The position numbers were made by a program, and so were the translations under genes. The notes beneath the pieces were generated by a model. It was not told the DNA's origin and searched no databases. It saw nothing but the letters and a program-made list of their open reading frames with translations. DNA of 64,000 nucleotides from Leptolyngbyaceae cyanobacterium (GTDB taxonomy: Bacteria; Cyanobacteriota; Cyanobacteriia; Phormidesmidales; Phormidesmidaceae): NCBI GenBank assembly GCA_965263355.1, contig CBDHHL010000032.1, forward strand, positions 3,456,001-3,520,000, given 5' to 3'. Below, piece after piece: positions 9,401 through 18,411 of the stretch (its first letter is position 1; each line of letters starts with the position of its first letter).

Positions 9401-12400
9401 ATGGGCCTCAGCAAACTTGCCATTCGTCGCCATATTGCCACGCTGATGCTGTCCGTGGCCGTCATCGTCTTGGGGCTATTTTTTACCTCGCAACTGCCGG
9501 TAGACCTGCTGCCCTCCATTACCTACCCACGCATCGGTGTGCGGGCCGATGCCCCAGGGGTATCTCCAGAGGTCGCCGTTGATGAAGTTACCCGCCCTTT
9601 GGAGCAAGCGTTGGCAGCAACAGAAGGCGTTATCCAGGTCGTCTCTAAAACACGGGAGGGGCGAGTCAGTGTTGACCTATATTTTGAACCAGGAGGAGAC
9701 ATTGATCAGGCCTTGAATGACGCGACAGCAACATTAAACCGGGCTCGGAACCGACTGCCCGACAACATTGACCAGCCACGCTTATTTAAGTTTGATCCGT
9801 CTCAGCTGCCAGTCTATGAAATCGCGCTCACCTCAGAATCATTGCAGGGCATGGAGCTACGGGTATTTGCCGATGAGGAACTGGCACGGGAACTAAATAC
9901 TGTAAAAGGGGTGGCCAGTGTAGATGTGTCAGGGGGTGTACAGGAAGAGGTTCAGGTAAATCTGGACCCGACACGGATGCAGGCTTTGGGGTTAGGAATT
10001 ACCGATGTGTTGGATGCCTTAGAAGAACGCAATCAAGACACCGCTGGGGGACGCATAAAAGGCTTAAACAGCGAGCCGCTAACCAGGGTAAACGGTCAGT
10101 TTCAAGAGGCTGAGGAGATTCGTAATCTCATTTTTGAAGTGGGCGACCAGCAGGTATATCTGCGAGACTTTGCTGACGTGGTAGATGGCACCGAAGAACA
10201 ACGGATTTTTGTCAGTCTAAATGGTCAGCCAGCGGTGAAGGTAAGTGTCCAAAAGCAACCGACGGCTAACACCATTGCTGTGGTAGATGGGGTTAAACAG
10301 CGTCTGGAGCAGATGAAAGCATCGGGTCTTGTCCCCGAGGATATGGTGCTCAACGTCACCTTAGATGAATCGATATTTATTCAAAATGCTATTCGCAATG
10401 TCGCCACAGCCGGTCTAACGGGAACAGGTCTAGCAGCTATTGCCGTACTGTTGTTTCTAGGCTCCCTACGACAGACGTTTATTATTGTTTTAGCCATTCC
10501 CCTCGCCAGTCTAGTCACCCTGTTACTGTCGGGTGTATTTGGGCTATCGCTCAATGTGTTTAGTCTGGGGGGATTGGCCCTCGGTGTGGGCATCGTGGTA
10601 GATAACGCCATTGTCATGTTGGAGAACATTGCCGAAGGGGTGGCACGCAGTTCTCGACCAGCAATTCGTCAGGCGGAAACCAGCAGCCAGGAATTAGAAT
10701 CAGCCCTGGTGGCATCGACAACCACAAATTTGGTGGCAGTGCTACCGTTTTTGTTAATGGGTGGGTTTATCTCGCTGTTGTTTAGTGAGCTGGTGGTGAC
10801 CATTAGTCTAGCAGTGGCAGCATCGCTGGTGGTGGCCCTGACGGTGGTCCCCACTTTGGCAGCACGGTTACTAACCGTCAAAGCATCTAGTGGCATAGGA
10901 AAATTTTGGCCGATTCGGTGGTTTGGTCAGGGTCTACAGGGGCTCACCCTGAGCTATGGTAGAACGCTGAGCTGGGTGTTGCAGCGGAGAGTGGTGGTGA
11001 TTGCTGCTGCTATTCTCATATTTGGTGGGGGGAGCTGGGCTATGTATCAAACCATTCCCCAGGAGATTTTGCCCAAGATCAGCAATGGTCAGGCCAGGGT
11101 GTGGGTCAGTCTGCCCCCTGGCACTACCTTAGATGAAAATCGCCAGGTGATGACTGCGATAGATGAGCTGCTTATAGCTCAGCCAGAAACTGACTATGTG
11201 TTTAGCACCTCAGGGGGCTTTCTCTTTGGAAATATCAGCATCGACAATGCGCTGCGTGGGTCTAGTACTCTCACATTAAAACCTGGCACCGATGTGGAAG
11301 CCTTTACTGACCGGATGAACCAAGCGCTGAGGAAGCTAAATTTGGTCAAAACGCGGATGCGAGTATCTCCTGGCTCGGTTCGGGGTTTGATTTTAAGTAA
11401 CTCTCCTGTGCGCAGCGATGTGGATATTGTTTTGCAAAGTAGTAATTTAGCGCTGCTAGATCAAGCTGGGGAGCAGGTACTGGATGCCCTGGCAGAACAG
11501 GCCACTTTGGCTAGCTATCTACCTGACGCGGATCCACCACAGCCGGAAATTCAGATTCGGCCTGATTGGGAGCGGGCGGCGGATGTGGGTATCTCGGCGG
11601 AGGAGATTGGTCGGACGGTGGAGACGATTTTGTCAGGGGCGGTGCCGACGCAGCTACAGCGGGGAGATCGGCTGGTGGATGTGCGGGTGCAGACACCGGA
11701 TAGTTTTGTACAGAATTCGGCTCAGTTGAGTCAGCTGCCGTTGTTGAGTAGTAATCAACAAGTCCGACTAGGAGACATTGCAAGGATTGAGCAGGGTCGG
11801 TCTCCTGGAGAAATTCAGCGGATTGATCAGCGGCAGGTATTTATTATCGAGGGGCGTTTGGCGGATGAAGCTAGCTTGGGTGAGGCACTGGATGAGGTAG
11901 AGCAGGTGATGGCGCAGGTAATGCTACCAGAGGGGGTGACGCGGTTGCCTAGCTTTAGTGCCCAGAGTAATGCAGCGATTCAGCAGGGGCTGGGTTTATT
12001 GGGTGGGCTGGCGGTCTTTTTGGTATTTACGGTGATGGCGGTGCAGTACAACTCGCTGATCGATCCGTTGGTGATTATGCTAACGGTGCCGTTGGCGTTG
12101 GCTGGGGGGATTTTGGGGCTGTATGTGACGGCGACGGCGATTGGGGCAACGGTGGTAGTGGGGGCGGTGCTACTGGTGGGCATTGTGGTAAACAATGGGA
12201 TTATTTTAGTGGAGCTGGCAAATCAGATTTATGTGACCGAAAACTGTAGTCGCATGGTTGCCATGCTCAAAGCAGCTCCGCAACGGTTACGACCGATTTT
12301 GATGACGACGGTGACGACGGTGTTGGGGATGTTGCCGTTGGCGTTGGGACTAGGAGAAGGGTCGGAGTTTTTGCAGCCGTTGGGGGTAGTGATTTTTTGG

Positions 12401-12544
12401 GGATTGTCGTTGGCGACGGTGTTGACGTTATTTGTGATTCCTTGTTTTTATACGTTGTTGCATGGGTTCGGCTCCGCTCACCCAGCAGCGCAACCTGTTG
12501 CCCAGCCTCTGGCTGAGCACAGCAACCCCAGGCTCCGCCTGTAG
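9401..12544 (+). CDS. RND efflux permease, AcrB/AcrD/AcrF family
   Basis: 1047 aa; LPVDLLP, GIVVDNAIV and RLRPILMT motifs. Confidence 0.95.
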   Translation: MGLSKLAIRRHIATLMLSVAVIVLGLFFTSQLPVDLLPSITYPRIGVRADAPGVSPEVAVDEVTRPLEQALAATEGVIQVVSKTREGRVSVDLYFEPGGDIDQALNDATATLNRARNRLPDNIDQPRLFKFDPSQLPVYEIALTSESLQGMELRVFADEELARELNTVKGVASVDVSGGVQEEVQVNLDPTRMQALGLGITDVLDALEERNQDTAGGRIKGLNSEPLTRVNGQFQEAEEIRNLIFEVGDQQVYLRDFADVVDGTEEQRIFVSLNGQPAVKVSVQKQPTANTIAVVDGVKQRLEQMKASGLVPEDMVLNVTLDESIFIQNAIRNVATAGLTGTGLAAIAVLLFLGSLRQTFIIVLAIPLASLVTLLLSGVFGLSLNVFSLGGLALGVGIVVDNAIVMLENIAEGVARSSRPAIRQAETSSQELESALVASTTTNLVAVLPFLLMGGFISLLFSELVVTISLAVAASLVVALTVVPTLAARLLTVKASSGIGKFWPIRWFGQGLQGLTLSYGRTLSWVLQRRVVVIAAAILIFGGGSWAMYQTIPQEILPKISNGQARVWVSLPPGTTLDENRQVMTAIDELLIAQPETDYVFSTSGGFLFGNISIDNALRGSSTLTLKPGTDVEAFTDRMNQALRKLNLVKTRMRVSPGSVRGLILSNSPVRSDVDIVLQSSNLALLDQAGEQVLDALAEQATLASYLPDADPPQPEIQIRPDWERAADVGISAEEIGRTVETILSGAVPTQLQRGDRLVDVRVQTPDSFVQNSAQLSQLPLLSSNQQVRLGDIARIEQGRSPGEIQRIDQRQVFIIEGRLADEASLGEALDEVEQVMAQVMLPEGVTRLPSFSAQSNAAIQQGLGLLGGLAVFLVFTVMAVQYNSLIDPLVIMLTVPLALAGGILGLYVTATAIGATVVVGAVLLVGIVVNNGIILVELANQIYVTENCSRMVAMLKAAPQRLRPILMTTVTTVLGMLPLALGLGEGSEFLQPLGVVIFWGLSLATVLTLFVIPCFYTLLHGFGSAHPAAQPVAQPLAEHSNPRLRL

Positions 12545-12591
12545 GAGAGATTTCTATCGGGGTGGGCACAAGGCACCACCCCTACGGATGT

Positions 12592-12849
12592 TTACAATCG
12601 TCTGACCAACATGCTGATCACCTCCTCAGGGTCTGGTCTTAAAATTAGCCGCTGATCGGGCACTTCGATCAGCGGGCTCCATTGGCTGGTTTCCACATAG
12701 CGGAGGTTATGGAGCAGGTGGATGGTTTGGCGGATGTTGCTGGGATGGCCGAGCAGGATATGGCGGATGGTACTGCCAGGGTGGGGGCTGCTGGAAAAGT
12801 CGGCAGGCAGATTTGGTGGCACCAGGGGTGCCTGATCGTGAAAGGTCAT
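12592..12849 (-). CDS. Small conserved-type cyanobacterial hypothetical protein (85 aa from ATG 12849)
   Basis: IRHILLG...TIHLLHNLRYVE..QWSPL...EVISMLVRR pattern recalled from cyanobacterial hypotheticals; AAGGA upstream of the ATG. Confidence 0.65.
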   Translation of the reverse strand: MTFHDQAPLVPPNLPADFSSSPHPGSTIRHILLGHPSNIRQTIHLLHNLRYVETSQWSPLIEVPDQRLILRPDPEEVISMLVRRL

Positions 12850-12912
12850 AGGGGCGTTTTCCTTGGCGGGGTTGACCCGCGAAACGACAGGGAGGAAAGC
12901 GCCCAAAAAAGC

Positions 12913-13032
12913 TAGCCACCCTGCAACTAAAATCAGGGTGGCTGTAAAATGCTCACAGCTCACCAACTGGGCCGATCAGTTGGAGGGTTAGCGGGGTGGT
13001 TGTGTTGGCGCACTTCCATCTCGCGCAGCTAA
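12913..13032 (+). ncRNA. Putative structured RNA element (three adjacent stems)
   Basis: AGCCACCCTG/CAGGGTGGCT (12914-12943), CCAACTG/CAGTTGG (12963-12983), GCGGGGTGG/CCATCTCGC (12991-13024). G-U pairs are valid only on the + strand. Confidence 0.4.
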
Positions 13033-13240
13033 TTTTTTTGGGTGCGAAAAACAACTGAGGTCAGTTGCTTATTGTGTAGGCTATCAGGCCCAGATCGATG
13101 AGTCAAGCGGGCGTTTGAGGGGCTGTCATCGGTGGGTGTCATCGTTACAAACGGGTTTGATTTTCTGATTTTATTAACCTGCCACTAGAGCCAAAACCGA
13201 GCAAGTTTTGCCAATATGGAGTTTGAGCTGGGGTTAGGCG

Positions 13241-16200
13241 ATGGCAATGACCAAGGATGAGCTGCTGGCGTTGATTGACCAGGCGGCGGCGGAAGGGTGG
13301 ACGGAGTTGGACCTGGCGGGGCAGGGGCTGAGCGAACTGCCAGAGGAGATTGGCAAGCTGACGCAGCTGGAGCGGTTGATATTGGGAAAGGGGAAAAAGG
13401 ATAAGGATGGGAAGCAGCAATGGAGATTCGAATTCATTGATGGTAAACATCGCTCAGTTGCTCTGACAATCGGTAATAAGCTGACAGCTTTGCCAGCTTG
13501 CTTGAAACAGCTATCTGAGCTGCGTCACTTAGATATTAGCGGTAATCCAATTAGTCTAATACCTGAGAATATTAGTGAGTTATCTCAACTAAAAACATTT
13601 ATTGCTCTTAAGAGTAAATTAACCCAAATTCCGGATTCCATCGCCCAGCTAGCCTCTCTACAACAGCTCTACCTTAACCAAATTACAGAGATTCCGGATT
13701 CCATCGCCCAGCTAGCCTCTCTACAACAGCTCGACCTCAGCTCTAACCAAATTACAGAGATTCCGGATTCCATCGCCCAGCTAGCCTCTCTACAACAGCT
13801 CGACCTCAGCTCTAACCAAATTACAGAGATTCCGGATTCCATCGCCCAGCTAGCCTCTCTACAACAGCTCGACCTCAGCTCTAACCAAATTACAGAGATT
13901 CCGGATTCCATCGCCCAGCTAGCCTCTCTACAACAGCTCGACCTCAGCTCTAACCAAATTACAGAGATTCCGGATTCCATCGCCCAGCTAGCCTCTCTAC
14001 AACAGCTCGACCTCAGCGATAACCAAATTACAGAGATTCCGGATTCCATCGCCCAGCTAGCCTCTCTACAACAGCTCGACCTCAGCTCTAACCAAATTAC
14101 AGAGATTCCGGATTCCATCGCCCAGCTAGCCTCTCTACAACAGCTCGACCTCCGCTCTAACCAAATTACAGAGATTCCGGATTCCATCGCCCAGCTAGCC
14201 TCTCTACAACAGCTCTACCTCAGCTCTAACCAAATTACAGAGATTCCGGATTCCATCGCCCAGCTAGCCTCTCTACAACAGCTCGACCTCAGCTCTAACC
14301 AAATTACAGAGATTCCGGATTCCATCGCCCAGCTAGCCTCTCTACAACAGCTCGACCTCAGCGATAACCAAATTACAGAGATTCCGGATTCCATCGCCCA
14401 GCTAGCCTCTCTACAACAGCTCTACCTCAGCTCTAACCAAATTACAGAGATTCCGGATTCCATCGCCCAGCTAGCCTCTCTACAACAGCTCTACCTCCGC
14501 TATAACCAAATTACAGAGATTCCGGATTCCATCGCCCAGCTAGCCTCTCTACAACAGCTCTACCTCAGCTCTAACCAAATTACAGAGATTCCGGATTCCA
14601 TCGCCCAGCTAGCCTCTCTACAACAGCTCGACCTCAGCGATAACCAAATTACAGAGATTCCGGATTCCATCGCCCAGCTAGCCTCTCTACAACAGCTCTA
14701 CCTCAGCTCTAACCAAATTACAGAGATTCCGGATTCCATCGCCCAGCTAGCCTCTCTACAACAGCTCGACCTCAGCTCTAACCAAATTACAGAGATTCCG
14801 GATTCCATCGCCCAGCTAGCCTCTCTACAACAGCTCTACCTCCGCTATAACCAAATTACAGAGATTCCGGATTCCATCGCCCAGCTAGCCTCTCTACAAC
14901 AGCTCTACCTCCGCTATAACCAAATTACAGAGATTCCGGATTCCATCGCCCAGCTAGCCTCTCTACAACAGCTCTACCTCAGCTATAACCAAATTACAGA
15001 GATTCCGGATTCCATCGCCCAGCTAGCCTCTCTACAACAGCTCTACCTCCGCTATAACCAAATTACAGAGATTCCGGATTCCATCGCCCAGCTAGCCTCT
15101 CTACAACAGCTCGACCTCCGCTCTAACCAAATTACAGAGATTCCGGATTCCATCGCCCAGCTAGCCTCTCTACAACAGCTCGACCTCCGCTCTAACCAAA
15201 TTACAGAGATTCCGGATTCCATCGCCCAGCTAGCCTCTCTACAACAGCTCGACCTCCGCTATAACCAAATTACAGAGATTCCAGGCAGTTTAGAAAGCTT
15301 AGAACAACTACAAAGACTCGATGTTCGTCATAATCCACTACCCATTGCACCAGAAATCCTGGGTCCTCCAGAAGACTATGAAGAACCAGGGCCAGTTTCC
15401 GGCATCTTCAACTACTGCCGCCAGCTCCGCAGCGGCGAAGTCCGCCCCCTTAATGAAGCCAAACTTATCCTGGTTGGCCAGGGCAGCGTCGGCAAAACAT
15501 CCCTGATCAACCGACTGATCGAAGATTCCTTTAACCCCAACGAAGCACAAACCGACGGTCTCAATGTGTCCAACTGGGCCATCAACGTCAACACCAAAGA
15601 CGTGCGCCTCAACGTCTGGGACTTTGGCGGTCAAGAAATCTATCATGCCACTCACCAATTCTTTCTGACTAAGCGCAGCCTTTATCTACTCGTCTGCAAC
15701 TGCCGCACCAGCGAAGAAGAAAACCGCCTCGACTACTGGCTCAAACTGATCAAAAGTTTCGGTGACGATGCCCCCGTCATTATCGTTGGCAACAAGCGTG
15801 ACGAACAACCCCTCGATATCAACCGAAAAGCTTTACGGAGCAAATACCCCAACATTAAAGACATTATTGAAACTTCCTGTCAAACTGGCGATGGCATCAA
15901 AGAACTGAACCAAGCAATTAATAAAGAGGTAGGACAGCTTAAAGAAGTGTACGATCTGCTTCCTCTTTCTTGGTTTGAAGTCAAAGAACACCTAGAAAAT
16001 TTAGACAAAGACTTTATCAAATACTCCAAATACGAAAGCATTTGTGACCAGCAAGGCATCGAAGAAGAAAAAGATCAAACCCAGTAATAATTGGGCTGCT
16101 TCACAACCTGGGTCTGGTACTCAACTACAGCCGACCATCCTCTTTTAAAATACACTAACGTCCTAAATCCAGACTGGGTTACCACAGGCATTTATACGTT

Positions 16201-17026
16201 GCTGAGTGATGAGAACTTAAAGACAAAATCTAAAGGTCAACTAACCCTTGATGACCTTAGTCGGGTACTAAATCCCCAACGCTATCCAGTACATCGCCAT
16301 CATTACCTCATCGAACTGATGAAAGAATTCAAGCTATGCTTTGAACTGCCAGACTGCAAGCCTGCTCGATATCTTATTCCTGGCATCCTACCCAAAGAAG
16401 AACCAGAAGAGACTGACTTAGAAGGAGAAACTCTAAATTTCCAATATCATTACAGCGTATTGCCAGATAGTGTTATCTCGCGTTTCATCGTATACATGCA
16501 CGAAAAAATCCATAAGGAAACCTACTGGCGCAGCGGAGTAATGCTTGCTCACACTGAAGGCAATGAGGTTTACAATATTGCCCGCATCAAAGCCGACCCT
16601 GCCGACAATAAAATCTTTATCGCTGTTAGTGGCAAGGAATCTACCCGACGTACCTTTCTCGGAATGATCCGTGATGTATTCAACAAAAAAGTACACATCA
16701 ATTTGACTAAACCTACTGAGTGGGTTCCTGTCCCTGATCATCCCGATCATCCACCACTCGATTACCAAGAACTGCTTGGTCTAGAAGACATGAACGAACA
16801 AAACGTAGTCATCGGCAAACTCAAACTCAAACTAAACCTACGCCAACTCCTCGACGGCTACGAACCCATCGAAATCCGCAGACTCAAACAAAAAGGAGTA
16901 GACATAGATAGTACTGGCGACGGAATCAATATTTCCGTCACCGATGCCCGCACCAAAATCATCCAACAAGGCGATGGCGACAATGTTGCCGGAGACTTAA
17001 TAGAAGGGAATAAAACAATCACATAA
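13241..17026 (+). CDS. LRR-Roc-COR (Roco) protein, interrupted by two compensating frameshifts at about 16085-16129 (ORF track splits it into 13241-16087 and 16091-17026)
   Basis: LRRs, Roc GTPase motifs GQGSVGKT, WDFGGQE and NKRD; COR motifs LLHNLGLVLNY (shifted frame), VLNPDWVTTGIY and YWRSGV. Confidence 0.9.
13676..15262 (+). repeat. 23 x 69-bp coding tandem repeat (23-aa LRR units), with partial units at 13628-13675 and 15263-15282
   Basis: Unit AACCAAATTACAGAGATTCCGGATTCCATCGCCCAGCTAGCCTCTCTACAACAGCTC[G/T]ACCTC[A/C]GC[TC/GA/TA]T. Confidence 0.97.
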
Positions 17027-17069
17027 CCATGAAATTTAACGCTATCCTGAGAGTAATTCATGACTCCCA

Positions 17070-17639
17070 ATGACCTCATTAGTCCGCCTACAGCTACTCG
17101 ACGTCGTCGCCCTCAAAGCCGACCTACCAGACCATAATCTCACCGCAGGCCAGGTCGGCACCCTGGTCGAAGAATTAGCCCCTAACGTCTACGAAGTCGA
17201 ATTCAGCGACGACCATGGCCAAACCTACGCCATGCTACCCCTCCACACCGACCAAGTCCTTAAACTAAGCTACACACCAGGAGAACCAACCATGGGCAAC
17301 ACTATCAATCAATACGGCTCTGGCGACAACATCGCAGGCGACAAAGTCATGGGCGACAAAATCAATACCCAAATCAACAACAGCCAGGACTTAGCCCAGG
17401 CCGCTAAAGCCATCAAAGACCTCCTCACCCAACTCGAAACCGACTACGACCCCACCACCCCCGTCGGTCAAACCATGATGACCGCCAAACTCATCGAATC
17501 CGTCGATAACAACCCCACCCTCAAAGCCCGAGTCGTCAACGCCCTCAAAGAAGGCGGTAGCACGGCCCTTGAAGAAGCCATTGATCATCCGATAGTAAAA
17601 CCTGTGGTCGCTGCTCTCAAAGGCTTTATGGATGCATGA
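17070..17639 (+). CDS. DUF4926-like domain + Gly/Asn/Asp-rich motif + C-terminal helical domain
   Basis: LLDVVAL..DLP...GQVGTLVE...YEVEFSD..GQTYA N-terminus, then INQYGSGDNIAGDKVMGDK and a helical DLAQAAKAIKDLL...NPTLKARVVNALKEGG domain. Confidence 0.8.
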   Translation: MTSLVRLQLLDVVALKADLPDHNLTAGQVGTLVEELAPNVYEVEFSDDHGQTYAMLPLHTDQVLKLSYTPGEPTMGNTINQYGSGDNIAGDKVMGDKINTQINNSQDLAQAAKAIKDLLTQLETDYDPTTPVGQTMMTAKLIESVDNNPTLKARVVNALKEGGSTALEEAIDHPIVKPVVAALKGFMDA

Positions 17640-17735
17640 TGGATAAAACCACCCACCATTTAAAGAGCTCAAACAAAGCTTCCACACCCCCATAATATTC
17701 TAGAATAGGACTGACTCAAACTGTCTGAGCTTCCT

Positions 17736-18185
17736 ATGTCAACGCCCTATTCTCCCCAGGCCGCAGCCCAAGAACCCTTTCTCGCAACGATCAGGGAACT
17801 AGTGCGTGCCTATCAAGCATTTTCAGCCTATTCCGAAGCCTTCGTGCGGCAGCATGACCTAACCCCAGCGCAATTTGATGTCATCGCCACTTTAGGCAAT
17901 ACCCAAGGCATGAGCATGGGTGATATCGGCGAAAAGACGTTGATCACCAAAGGTACGTTAACAGGTGTGGTTGATCGTCTGATCAAAAAAGGACTCGTGA
18001 CCCGTGAGGTCCCCCCCGAAAACCGTCGTAGTGTTATCGTCAAACTTACGGCTGAGGGAGACGCCCTGTTTGAGCAAGTATTCCCGGCCCACATTGCCGA
18101 CATGAAACAGCATTTTGACTCCTTTAACCCGTCAGAATTGGAACTACTCAAAGTGCTACTAGGCCGACTCCGCCAGGCATTTTAG
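17736..18185 (+). CDS. MarR-family transcriptional regulator
   Basis: LTPAQFDVI, TLTGVVDRL..KGLV.R and NRRSVIVKLTAEG winged-helix motifs. Confidence 0.92.
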   Translation: MSTPYSPQAAAQEPFLATIRELVRAYQAFSAYSEAFVRQHDLTPAQFDVIATLGNTQGMSMGDIGEKTLITKGTLTGVVDRLIKKGLVTREVPPENRRSVIVKLTAEGDALFEQVFPAHIADMKQHFDSFNPSELELLKVLLGRLRQAF

Positions 18186-18249
18186 CAATACTGACAAAAT
18201 TTTGACGCTACCCCGTTGTCACCCCCAAACGAGATGCTATCTTTGATGT

Positions 18250-18275
18250 CAGATAGTTTTAATTAGAACTGTTTG
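18250..18275. promoter_or_regulatory. Imperfect palindrome, candidate MarR operator
   Basis: CAGATAGTTTTAA|TTAGAACTGTTTG (10 of 13 pairs); a similar half-site AAACTGTCTG lies just upstream of marR. Confidence 0.35.
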
Positions 18276-18411
18276 GTTTCAGATTAAATTACCCCTATGT
18301 ATCAGCAACCCTCTCCAACCGTAGTCACCCTGGAAGTCGGCACTCACTGGCACAGTGCCTACGCCCTTAGTCATCAGTTCAGCAAGCGCCATTCACCAAA
18401 CACCTAAAGCC

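Noticed and set aside
13669..14187. 172-aa antisense repeat ORF (MESGISVIW...)
   Set aside because: Shadow of the LRR repeat on the opposite strand.
13676..15262. CRISPR array
   Set aside because: The period is exactly 23 codons in an open frame, the variable part is only 4 nt with recurring alleles rather than unique spacers, and no cas genes are present.
16091..17026. Independent 311-aa gene
   Set aside because: It is the COR C-terminal part of the upstream Roco gene; its first 13 codons are off-frame sequence.
13241..17639. Complete diversity-generating retroelement
   Set aside because: No reverse transcriptase, accessory gene or template repeat is visible in the window, and the constant-region adenines are invariant.
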